Notes: a model not told the origin generated them from the sequence alone. A DNA stretch of 64,000 nt from Camelus dromedarius (GCF_036321535.1 NC_087438.1:372001-436000), one strand, 5' to 3'. Positions 23,581 to 35,066 are shown, counted from the first letter of the stretch. A program made the numbers and translations.

Positions 23581-23840
23581 GTGAGCCCCCTGCGCAGCCC
23601 TTCCCGCCTCGCCCCGGTGAGCACCTCACGTCTGCCGACGCTGTGACGCTCTCCCCCCTCATGATCGTGGGTGGGTGGGCGTGCAACTCTAAGACGTCTC
23701 CGCGTCCAGCTCCCTGGTCTGGAGGTGCTTCGGTGCTTTCCTGACACGCTCTCATTCACACGTGTTTTCTTCTCAGTGCACACATGGGCCAGGTTATCAT
23801 GGCAGCTACATTTTAGAAATTAAAAACATGGGAGATTAGA

Positions 23841-24020
23841 GGGAGGGTGTAGCTCAGTGGTGGAGCACATGCCTAGTATGCATGAGGTCCTGGGTTCAAT
23901 CCCCAGTACCTCTGTTAAAAAACTAATTAATAAACCTAATTACCTCCCCCTGCCAAAAAAACAAAAACAAGAAATGTAACACATCACTTCTACTCACAAA
24001 AACAAGAAAGAAAAAAAAAC
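23841..24020 (+). mobile_element. tRNA-derived SINE, camelid type, with extended tail
   Basis: A box TAGCTCAGTGG 23850-23860, B box GGTTCAATCC 23893-23902, then aataaacctaattacctccccc and an A-rich tail. Confidence 0.85.
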
Positions 24021-24655
24021 AAGGGAAGTTAAATGAGAAGTTCATCACAAGCCCTCGTGGCCCCAGGTTTGCTGGGAAGCCCTGGAGGTGGCCTTGCTCA
24101 CGGAGAGCCTGAGGGGCTGGGGCGGGACACAGGCTGAGGCTTGAAGAGAGGCCCGGCTCGGGGACAGCCTTGTGGGGTGGATCTCAGACTCTGGTGCCTG
24201 CACGGTCCGCGTGTAGGACGGTCCCAGAGCTCCGGCTGAGGGGCTTCAACAGGACCTGCCGGGAGGGGGGGGACCTCCCTGGTTCTTGGGGTGCCTGGGG
24301 AGGCGGTTCAGCACCTGGGGGAGGGAGGGTCTTTAGTTTCCTGTAGAAACAAGCTTTTAAATTGTAGTTTGCAAAGTTGTTCACTTGGCCCATCTTTGTT
24401 TTACATACTTTTTGCCAGAAAACATAGTGATTGGTCAACTTGTTTGTTGGTTATTGCTTCAGTCCTGTCACCTTTTGATGGATTTTCCGTATTTGTGCAT
24501 AGGTGTCCACACACACACGCTCGCCGGCACCTGTACACACATCTACAGTCGCGCACATCAGTGCATGCGCGCACGCAGCTGTTGCTGAAGTTGCAGCGCT
24601 GGTCCCTGCGCCCAGAGAGCCTGGCGGTGAGGGTGCCGCCCCTTCTTCGTTACAG

Positions 24656-24957
24656 ACTCCGTGGACGACAAGGACCCAGCCCTTTCTCAAAAGTCAAGTT
24701 TGTCGACACAGAAGGTGTTAAATCCATTGCCTGCTGCCGAAAAGCACAGGAAGCGAAGAATGCCTGGCGGGAGGTTCCAGGCACCTGCGGACCAGGAGTG
24801 TCTGAGCTGCCTGGAGGCACCCGACGGGCCCTCGAGCCCTGAGGAGAGTCTGAGCAGGAGGAATGGTTCTGAGGCGTGGAGCGAGGGGACCTTCTCTCAC
24901 CCAGTGGCGTTGGGGCCCGGGCAGCAGGGGCCCCCCAGCACAAGTGGCTCTGGAGAG
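24656..24957 (+). CDS. CEP72: CEP72 exon 7 (DSVDDKDPALSQK...KHRKRRMPGGRFQ...PSTSGSGE)
   Basis: ttcgttacag| acceptor, GAG|gtgagc donor, 302 nt, phase 1 to 0; RKRRMP.GRFQ motif. Confidence 0.93.
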
Positions 24958-26958
24958 GTGAGCCGGGGTGTGAAGGTGGAGGGGCCGCTGTCCTTGGTAA
25001 CGCCACGTCGTCTGTCCACGGTGTCCACCGTGGCCCCGAGATGTGTGCAGCCTTTAGACAGCGCTCGCTAGTTTGTGCCTCCCTGTTTCGTTGCAAGTGT
25101 GCTCCAGTGCCAAGTGCCTTGAGGGGGAGGTGTCGTCACAGAGGGGTGCTTGCTTGCACAGTGTCCTCAGCCAGAGTCACCCGTGGCCCTGTTGTGAGCC
25201 ACCCACAGGGGTTGTGGCCAGTGGCTCCGTGGCCCTGTTGCTGGCAGAGTGGGAGACTGAGAGCCTGTCACGGCTGTGGGCGTGAGTGAAGACCACCTGG
25301 TGGACAGGCAGCGGCCAGGCGCCCCTGCCAGACCCCAAGCTTGCGGGGCGGGGGGCTTCCTGCCAGGTCACCCATTTGGCAGAGACACCAGTGGGCAGAG
25401 GAACAGGAGAGGGACCCCGCCGAGAGGGGCGAAGTACCCTGACGGGACTGTGGCCTGGGGAGGACGGGGGTACAGTGAGGTTGGTGACGGTGGCTCTGAG
25501 GTTGGGCCGGAGCTGGAGTTGGAGAAGAACCCGGGCAGTGGCAGGCACGGGTCCAGCCCTGGCTGCTAGTTGTAGGCGGTGCGTGGCTGCTGGGCCAGCC
25601 GCTGCGGGCTGTGGGGCAGGTTCCATTTTAATGACTAGTCTGGCCAGCAGTCGTCCATTGGCATCTTCGGTCTCATAATTGAGGGGAGGAGGGAAACAGG
25701 GATTGCCTGAGTCGGGCAGGTGCTCGGGCCTTTCCTGTCCCATCACCCTGTCCCTGGATGGATGCTGCCCCATGCGGGGCTTTGCCTGGTGGACTGTTCC
25801 TGCTGTGGGGTTGGGATTTTGAGGGTGGGGGTGTTGCCTGGGGCACCCACTCCGTGTGCTGTGACCTGGTGGTGATCGTCCCCTTGGAGAGGGCAGGTTG
25901 CGTGCTCAGGTGGAGGGCAGAGGCTGTGGCTGCACCGGGGAGTGGGGTCCAGCCTGGGGGCCTTGGCTCTGCCTCCTGCGCCCAAGACTGAGCGTCCAGG
26001 TGCAGCTCCTGATGGGGGAGCTCGCACAGATACTCACTGGGGTGCTCTCAGCCTCAGTCTTCTAGGGCCAGCAGCCAGGCCTTTGCATTACCATGCTGAC
26101 TTGCTCCCTGGGGTGACCCTGGGCAGAGCAGTGCCCCGTCATGGGCCTGTGTTCCTCATGCTCACAGTGCTCCCGTGGGTGGCAGGGATGGTGGGGGTAG
26201 GGGCCATCCCAGCTTGGGCGCAGGTGGCTCCCACACTCCCTGCCGGGTGTCACCGCTGTTGCACACACTATCTGGGAGAAGAGCCCTTTATCTGTCCAGT
26301 GGTGGTGAGGGACACCAGGCTGTGCAGGGGGCTTCGTCCCCAGCACTGGCATCACTGGCATTTCCTCCATCCCTCACTCCCTTCCCAAACCCCAGCTTCC
26401 AGGAGGTGTTCCCAGGACACTGGGAAGTGGGCGGGAGAGCGGGAACTGTCCCCCTTCTGAGGTAATTCCTTAAACTTGGTAAATAATTTCTAAAGGGAGG
26501 AAAAGTGAGCATTGACCTGAGTGCTGGCAGCTCTGGGCCCCGGCGTGGAGCTATGACGGTCCTGCCCGCGTCCCCGAGCCCTACCACCCTGGCCACCCTC
26601 CCTCTGGCCCTGTGTGAGGATCTGTCACATTCGGGGCCTTCTGGGCGCGAGTGGCCTTTCAGACTGGGACTAGCTCCACGAGGCCTCTGTCCTCCTGGAA
26701 TTGTGTTGGCTGGTTCTGGAAGGCCTGGGAAAGCTGCACTGGAACCAGTGGTTTCATGGCTGTTGGACTCTGGTGACGGGTCAGCCATGCCTCCTGGGTG
26801 GGACATCGTCTGCAGGTTGAGGCGTGTGGACAGCCTGTCACGTGTGGGTGGTGGACGGAGCATCAGCAGGATGCACGTGCGGGCGGCGTCAGAAGTCTTG
26901 TGTACGTCAAGCCCCGGTGGCGGGAGCATAAAGCCAGGCTGTGGTTTGTCCTGTGCAG

Positions 26959-27097
26959 GTGTGTCCTAGGCGGCACTTGGCCGCGCCGCCCGGGAAGAAG
27001 GCCACCCTGGAGGTACTGGCCCTGGAAGCCCTCCTCGACCTGGTGGACCGATACTGGAGTGGCTGCAGGTCCCTGCACAGCAACAAGGTGTTCCTTG
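26959..27097 (+). CDS. CEP72: CEP72 exon 8 (VCPRRHLAAPPGKKATLEVLALEALLDLVDRYWSGCRSLHSNKVFL)
   Basis: ctgtgcag| acceptor, G|gtgagt donor, 139 nt; LLDLVDR.W.GCRSLHSN motif. Confidence 0.95.
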
Positions 27098-28063
27098 GTG
27101 AGTGGGGGGCCGTCGGCCCAGCGCTCTGCGGGCAGGTGCTGGACGCTCGCTGGCGTCACTGCCTCTCTGTGCTGCAGGGAGCATCCTGACGGTCCTCGCA
27201 GTGGTGGGGCTCTTGGGGTGGGGACGGACAGACATGGGGCCTCCACGGGGCCTGTGGCTGCTTCCCACCTGCTGGCCACCAGCCTTCCCAGAGGCGCCTT
27301 GTCGATGGGGGTGTTGGCGCAGCTCTTCACGGGTGTTTGCCTCCTATTGCTCCGTGTTTACCCGGGGACTTGGAGAGGTTAGACAGCGGCAGCTGTGCTC
27401 TCGGATCCTCTGAGCACTTGACGGACTGAGCGCAGGGCCCCGATTTGCTGAGCTTTTGGTGGGAATGACCTGAGGCCCAGGAGGGTGGTCCTTCCCCAGC
27501 AAGGACTCGGGGTTGCTTCCGCCCAGTGGCTGGGTGCAGGGCATGCTGGGTACCCGCCTCCAGAGTCGGGAGGTGCTGCATCCCTGGGGCCACCTGTTTC
27601 TCTGCAGCCTGAATGCAACCTTGCGTGTCCCGGGGGAGCAGGTACCTGCCAGCTTAGCCACACCAGGGGCTCCTGAGCCTCCACTCAGAGTTGTGGCCCC
27701 TCAGCTTCTCCTGGAATCAGGGCACCGAGCCCGTCAGTCCCCCCTTCTCAGCACTGGTCTGCATTGCAGTCGTGGGACAGAAGGTGCTGTCGAAGAGAAC
27801 GTCCGACAAGCCACCTCATCCTGGCCTGTCCTGAGGGCCCCTTGCTGTCAACAGCCCTGTTGCTCTGCTCCTGGGTGTCCCCGCGTGGGCTGGGTGCGAA
27901 GAGGCCTCGCAAAGAGGCCTGCACTGTCTGGACCCTTCCACCTGGCCCCATGTCTGTCGGTGCTTCGAGGCGTGGGGCCTGTGTGTTGAAAATGCATTGA
28001 ATGATCTGTGTATACTCATCCTTTGATCTCGTAATATTCATAATATTTTATTCTTACTCCTAG

Positions 28064-28260
28064 CTCAGGCAAGACACATTTTGTCATCTGTTCAAGAATT
28101 CACAGCCACTCAGGACAGTTCCACAACTGTGAGTGAAGAGATCAGCTACCTGACTCTGGAAAATAAGTCCCTCTATGGCCACCTGGCCGAGCTGCAGCAA
28201 CAGCACAGCGTGAGGATGCACGAGGTGGTGTCGGAGCTCGGCGACACTCGGAGGGAGATG
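28064..28260 (+). CDS. CEP72: CEP72 exon 9 (AQARHILSSVQEFTATQDSS...ELGDTRREM), start of coiled coil
   Basis: actcctag| acceptor, ATG|gtgagc donor, 197 nt; QARHILSSV.EFT motif. Confidence 0.96.
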
Positions 28261-28869
28261 GTGAGCCGCCCCCGGTGTGCGTCCCGTGAACTCACAGATG
28301 GGGTGGAAACGCCGCTTTGACGGAACAGGCGAGGGTAGCCGCTTGACTCTGCACATCCCCTTCCGGCTGGCGGCTGCAGCACAGGTCCCTCCTGCCCTTC
28401 CAGGACACAAACCCCCTCACCCCAGGCTGTCCCCACCCCAGGGACTCCAGCTGCCCCTAGGGTGTTCCCTGACTCTGTCCTCCAAGACTGCATGTGACAG
28501 TGATTGCAGATGGCTGCTTCCTGCTCGTCTCTGCGCGGCCCCTCCTGGGCAGCGGCCATCTGTTCTGAGAGAGGCCAAGGGGAGAGGACAAAGGGTGGAG
28601 TTGAGCTTAAGGCGGAGCTTCTGTGGCCAGTGTTCCTCGGCCCAGGCTCCCCAGACCACTGATGAGGAGGTCCACTTAGCTGCGTGGCCCTGGGTCCCTG
28701 CTGCCGTCCTGCCTGCACCAGCCAGCGGGGGACCCTTGGTGTCCTCTTGGCCCTGTGGGAACCTCGCCACCAGGTGGTGCCCAAGGGCAGCCGGAGCCAG
28801 CACCCTGGCTTGGTGGTGGAGCCGCGTCCTGGCCAGGCAGGCGCCTTTCCAGGGCCGACACTCGTAAGT

Positions 28870-30400
28870 GCCTGCCGTACAAAGAGGAGATCCCAAGTAA
28901 GCAACCTAGTGTTACGCCTTGAGGAAGTAGAAAAAAGAACAAACCAGACTCGTCACAAACAGAAGGAAGGAAGTAATAAAGATCAGAGCAGAAATCAATG
29001 GAGCAGGAAAACAACAGGAAGAAAAGCAGCTAGACCGAGTTGGGTTTTGAAAAGATACAAAGTCAGCAAACCCTTCCTAGGCTCAGAGGACAGACTCAAG
29101 ATCAGAAACAGCACAGGAGACGCTGCAGTGGAGGACGCCTCAGAAGTGAGGAGGGCCAGAGGATGGTCACTTGTAGGCACATGGAGAACCTAGAAAGACA
29201 CAGGTAAATTCCTGGAAACACGCAGCCCACCGAGACTGCACGGAGAAGAATAAAGCCTGAACGGACAGGAGCACGCAGGGAGACTGAGCAGCGGTTAGCC
29301 TCCAGCAGAAAGGCCCGGGACCAGGTGGCTGCTGGCCTAGTTCTCCCAGACATCCAGAGGAGAACTAACACTCACTCTTAAAGTTTCCCAGAAAGCAGCA
29401 GTAGAGGGAGCACTTGCAAACTCATTTTATAAAAGTCAGCGTTACCCTGTCACCAAAGCCAGAGTTACCACAAGAAAAGAAACCTACAGGCCACTGTCTC
29501 TGGTGAGCAGAGACGTCAAGATGCTCCGCAGAGTGCTCGTGGACCAAGTTCAACAGCACGGCAGAAAGGCTGCGCACCGCCACCAGGTGGGGCTTCCCGG
29601 GAGCGCTGGCTGGTTGAACACGTGCAGGCGCATCCAGCACGTGGGCCTGTGGAAGGATGGAAACCACACAGGCGCCGCAACAGATGCAGGCACAGCCATG
29701 CATAGTTAAACCAGAAAATAACAAAGTAGGTGTAAAAGAAAATGTCCTCAACACGATAAAGGCCGCTTGTGAAGAGCCCTCAGCCAGCAGGGAGGAGGCT
29801 CCTTGGCGCGGCCTCGGCAGTGATGTGGGGTGACACCAGAAACACAGGCGACGGAAGCAGAAATAAACTAGTAGGACTGCATCGAAGTAGGGCACTCCTG
29901 CAGAGCCAAGGGAGCCGTGAGCAAAACGAGAAGGCAGCCTGCAGATGGGGAGAAGATATTTGCAAAGCACGTGTCTGATAAAGAGTGTCTAGAATGTGCA
30001 AAGAACTCGAAAGAAAAAAACAAGCGTGAATGAATAAAGAGCATGTGGCGTGTGCAGGCGGGACGGATGTTCTCCGCTTCACGGGGAGGACATCCTGCCT
30101 CTGAGCAGCCCGGACGGACCTGGAAGGCCTGATGCCAAGTGCAGTGACTCAGGTGTGGCAAGGAGCAGACTCACAGGCACAGAGCAGGGCGGGGTCCCCA
30201 GCAGCGGGAGGTGGTTCTGCAGGCCTCGGAGCACGGACCACGCTTAGGGAGAGGCCCCGAGTCCAGAAACCTGTGGGAGGGCCAGACGTGCAGACGACAA
30301 GGTGCGCCTGAGCTTGACTGAGCGCCGGTCCCTCGGGTGTGTGCCGCATGTCGCATCATTGCGCACCTTGAACGTGCGCAGCCTGCGGCGTGAATACCTG
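28870..30400 (+). mobile_element. Sense-oriented L1 fragment in CEP72 intron 9, strongly GC-shifted
   Basis: ORF2 motifs (acaaagaggagatcccaagtaagcaaccta, gcacttgcaaactcattttataaaagtcagcgttaccctg, ggagaagatatttgcaaa) with many A/T to G/C substitutions. Confidence 0.8.
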
Positions 30401-30989
30401 TGCGTGTGGTGACTTGACGTATTTACTCCCTGATCACCGTGGTTGGGTTTTATTGTATGGAAACTATCTATTATTTTACTTTTACTTTTACTTTACAGCA
30501 AAAGTAAATCTGATTCACAAAAGTGTTGTTTTGTGGTGAGAACGCACACGGCATCGGGGTTGGGCGCATGGGCTGCGGACTTCGGCTGCCTGGGTGTGGC
30601 TCTGGGCCCGAGGCCAGCACCACCCTGCTGAGCAGGCCTCCTGGTCTCTTGTGGCCCTCGAACCTCAGCGTCTCTCCACCCCGCCTTCCGCACGCTGCTG
30701 CCACCTGGCACCTGCCACCTGGCACCTGCCTGCGCTCCTCCCTTTGACCCTGCGCGCTCTCCTGCCCCATGAGACTCGGCGCAGCCACCCCACTTGCTTC
30801 CACTAGTATTTTTAGACCTTTTTCTGTCCTTCTAGTTTACTGGTGCAGTTACATTTAAAGTGGGTTCCTTTTAGGCAGCGTATAGCTGGATCTCTCTTTT
30901 CTGTAATTAACGATCTCTGCCTTTTATTTTCAGTAGCTTTTTAAAAAAATTAATTAAACTGAAAAAAAAAGGTTCACCCATTTCTTCCT

Positions 30990-32000
30990 TCCTTGACCTC
31001 TGCCAACCACCTGTCTCTTCTTTGTATCCATGAGCTTGGTTTGGTTTGGTTTTGTTTTTGATTCCATGTACGAATCTGATCACACGGTGTTGGTGTTTCT
31101 CTGACTCACTTCACTTGGCTTAATATTCCAGGTCGAACCATGTTGCTGCAAATGGCATTATTTCACTCTTTTAATGGCTGACTAGTACTCCATCGTATAA
31201 ACACACAACAGCCTCTTTATCCGGTCATCTGTCGATGGACACTCAGGTTGCTTCCATGTCTTGGCTACTGTAAACAGTGCTGCTGTGAACATTGGGGTGC
31301 ACGTGTCTCTTTGAGTTAGAGTTTTGGTTTCCTCAGTTAAGTACCCGGGAGTGGGGTTGCTGGGTCATGTCGCAGTGCTGTTGTCGGGTTTCTGAGGAAC
31401 CGCCAGACTGCTCTCCACGGTGGCTGCAGGGCATGGGGCCCCTCTTCTCTGCGTCCACGCCAGCGTCCGTCACACAGGCCTCCGTGAGCACGGCCGCTCT
31501 GCCGGGCGTGAGGAGTCGTCGCGTTCTGGCTTTACTTGCTGTCTAGTAGCGACATCGGGCGTCTTTCGTGTCCCCGTTGCCCGCCTGTATGTTTTCTTTG
31601 GAAAAGTGTCTGTTCACGTTCTCTGTCCATTTTTAAATCAGATTGTTTGGCTTTGGCTGTGGAGCTGTGAGTTTCTTGCGTATCCTGGACAGTGGCTCCG
31701 CACCAGACAGCAGTTTGCAGACAGCCCTCCCCGTCTGCAGGCTGCCTTTCGTTGTGTTGACTGGTTTGTGGCGCAGACGCTTTTTGGTTTCTGCTGGGCG
31801 GCTGAGAGGATGCGTCGTGAGCTGCCGCGGGTTCTTGCCCCCTGGGCTGGACTGTGTGTTGTGCGGAACGAGTCGCACTTGGAGCGATATCTGTTTACAC
31901 CGAGTGGTCTCTCCGGGTCAGGCCTGGCGCAGCGGGGCTGCCACATCTGCCTCGGGGCTCCTGGGGCTGCCCAGGCTGTCGCTCAGGCAGCTGTCCACAC
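30990..32000 (-). mobile_element. Antisense L1 3' end in CEP72 intron 9
   Basis: catgttgctgcaaatggcattatttcactc, gatggacactcaggttgcttccatgtcttggctactgtaaacagtgctgc, ttttctttggaaaagtgtctgttc. Confidence 0.85.
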
Positions 32001-33287
32001 TCACCTCGGCGTCCTCGCCGCATGCCACATGGGAGGCCTCACGACCTGGCAGCTGGTGAGGAGAGGCCCCCACAGGCTGTCGTTTGTAAAATGGGAGTGA
32101 AAGGGGGACGAGGCTTAATGTTGGTGCTTGTGGTTTTGTCAGGAAAGAGGTCCCACGCAGGCTTCCTTTCAGAGAGAAAAATGACAGTGAATGAGTGGTC
32201 TGTGCAGCCAGGGGTGCCAGTGCACACGAGGACTGCAGCCCCCGGCCTGGGCATGGTTGCATGCAATGCATCGTCCCCTGGGAGGTCCAGGACCGCAGGT
32301 CCAGACAGATGGGTCCCTGATGCCATCTGCACAGAAGTGTGGCCGTGGTGGGCAGTGTGAGTGGCCCTGTCCCACAGGGTGGCTGGGGGCCACGGGACAG
32401 GCCAGCCGAGAGGCCCTGCCATGGATGCTTTACAGAACCATCCACAGCCCCAGAGCCCTGCTCGGCACCTCCTCGGGTCTGCGCTTTGCGGGGAAGCCCC
32501 TTAGTTCTGAGGGCCCGTCCTGTGAAGATGGGACTCCGTGGTTGTGCACGTGTGCTGTGTCATGTTCGCGAGGCCCCAGTGCCCAGGGCGCTCTGGAGCC
32601 GTCCCAGTGTGGCTCTGAGCAGAAGTGGCCTGTCTGCTGCTTACCACCCTGCTTGGCTGAGATCTTCATCAGGACCTCGGACCCAGTCCCTGTCCCTTTG
32701 GAACTCAGCACGTCCCTGGGAGACAGGCTGTCAGATGGCACTGGCCAGGCAGACAAGGGTTGGTGAGCAGGTGGGGTGTCCTGTCGCCTCGAGGCTGAGA
32801 GGCTCACTTCTGGTGGAAGCCCTGTGCCTGTGGGTGGCCTTGGTCCCCTCCTCTCACTCTGCTGTCCATCAGCATCTGGGCGTCCCTTCATTCACCCAGG
32901 ACAGGGGAGGAGCTTGGGCCGCAGCTCCCCATGATGGCAGTGGCTGGTGTGAACCCTGTGTGTGGAGCACAGGTGTGGAGGGCCCACCCTTGACCTGCTC
33001 CTGGGTGGGGAGGGGGTGCCAGGCCTGGCTGTGGCAACCAGGGCCTTCCTGGAGGAGGTGGAGCTGAGGCAGCCACCCCTCTGAGGGTCCCCGAGCCCGG
33101 CCTGGGGCAGCGTGCTGGCGGGGAGCGGTGCCGTGAGGCAGGCTGACTGCCCTTCCCTCCAGTTTGGCCGTCATGGTGCGTGAATCCACGAGCCCCCCCA
33201 CCCCCTACCCCGGTGCTTTTGGTGGATTCGTTGTGCTTCTGTGAGGTGGACTGAGGCGGCCCTGTCTGTTCTGTGCTGGGTCTGCAG

Positions 33288-33414
33288 GACCACCTGAGGC
33301 AGCACCTGGACCGCGCACTGGAGGAGAGCAGCAGCCTGAAGTCGCTCTTGCGCAGCGTGAAGGAGGCGGCCAGAAGCGCCGACCCACCGGCCGCGCTGAG
33401 CGTGCATATCGCGG
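33288..33414 (+). CDS. CEP72: CEP72 exon 10 (DHLRQHLDRALEESSSLKSLLRSVKEAARSADPPAALSVHIA)
   Basis: gtctgcag| acceptor, G|gtgagt donor, 127 nt; LRQHLD..LEE.S.LKSLL motif. Confidence 0.96.
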
Positions 33415-35066
33415 GTGAGTCGGGGGCGCCTGTGCGTGCTTCTCGGGCGCCAGAACCGCTCCGGGGCAGCGCGGGGAGGCGGTGGTGGCTGGGCTGCATG
33501 CTTCTCTGACCCCCGAGAGGCCCTTCTGCTCCTCCCAGACCCTGTCTTCACTGTCTGGGGTGATGTGGGGTGATGTGGGGACACGTGGTCCAGTGGTTCC
33601 TGCGTTCTTGCCTCTTGGGGACCTGAAAGACAGATGGTGAGTGTCTGGGGCAGGAGCACAGCCCCGTGAGCCCCTGTGCGGCCACCTGCCCATCGGGTCC
33701 CCTCAGCCCCTCGCTGCCCCATTGGCTGTTTCACTGAGTGCGAGAGTTCTTTCTGGCTTTCTTTCCCCGTTTCTTCGTGACGTTGTCTCTCGCGAAGTCG
33801 CTCTTTGTTGCTCGAGCCCTGTGGCTGCCTCTGGTTCTCTGATCCGGCTCTGGGCTTCTCTTGTTCCTGGTCTCGTTGAAGCAGTCAGCGGGGCCTGGTG
33901 TGTCCTGGGACTGGCTTCCATCGTCTGAAGGGCGCCCCGTGCTTGGTCCACACTGTGTGGGGCTGCCCTCAGCCTCGGCCTCCAGGAGCCCCAGATAAAT
34001 GCGGCGCCCCCTCGGGGTCATCCAGGCCCTGTCCCCCTCCTCCCCGCTGTCCTGTCCTGCTGGACCCAGCCCCTCACCAGCCGGTCTGCAGTGCGGCCCT
34101 GATCCAGGAGCCCTGGCGGGTGGGCCTCAAGGGGTCACCCCGCTCTCCCCGAGCATGCCCCGTGACAGCATGGCTGCCCACTTGGCCTGAGGGGTTTCCC
34201 GTGACAGTGGGGACACTGGGCTCTCCGTCCTCAGATCTGCCGGCCCCTGCTCCCCCACAGATGTGGACACCACGCAGGACTCGTGCCTGCCTCGTGTTTG
34301 GGGTCTTGAGGCCACCTTGTCACCAGGTGCTGGCCTGTCGTCAGCAGGGTTCTGCTCCTGGTGCCTGACTGACGTGGGGGCTCTGGGCGCCTCCCCCCGT
34401 GGGATGCCTGTCATCAGCCCTCAGGTGCGGGTTGGGGTGGGTGCAGACTCTCAGCAGTGTTTTCCCCGCTTAGCGCTTTGGAGGACGTGCCCCGTGGCTG
34501 CTGAGGACCTGCTGTTGGTGTCAGGTCCCCTCCGCCTGTGACCTCTCCCCGGCTTGCGTTGTTTCTGGTGTGGAGTTGTGCGGTGGCCTGTCTTCCTTCA
34601 GAGTTCTACGTGCCCAGCAGCCAACAAGTGTTTCTTCCCCTCTCAGTTGGAAACCCAGAGAGAGACAGGAGACATGTGGACGGGCCCAGGGGCCCCAGGG
34701 TCTTCTTACCGCCCCTCCCCAGAGCCGTGGGCCCCGTCAGGCTCTTCCTGGAGGCCCAGCTCCACCAGCAGGCAGATCCGGCTCAGGGACCTCCAGCGGG
34801 TGCCAGGCCCACCTCCACCCGCCTGCCCTCTCCGCGCCCCTCAGGGTGTCCGGAGGCAGCGTCCCGTGGCTTTGCCCCAGGAGGGCTGGCGGGGGCTGCT
34901 GGGGGAGCGGCTGGCTGTGGAAAGGGGGGGTGGGGGCTTCCTGTCCGTGCCTGGTGCCCTTACCAGTGTCCTTCCCTGCGCCCCAGGTGCCCTTTAGACT
35001 CTGGAGCGGTTTCAGCTTTCAAGAAGGGAGTGAGTGCCGCTGGACATCACTGTTGTCTCCCTGCAG

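Noticed and set aside
23841-23915. tRNA gene suggested by A and B boxes
   Set aside because: Runs into a SINE body and A-rich tail, has a diverged paralog with a TSD at 15276-15444, and I could not build an intact cloverleaf.
29797-29807. Exact hnRNP A2 response element GCCAAGGAGCC on the minus strand
   Set aside because: Lies in L1-derived CEP72 intron 9, ~11 kb beyond the predicted TPPP poly(A) site and antisense to CEP72, so it is in neither mRNA.
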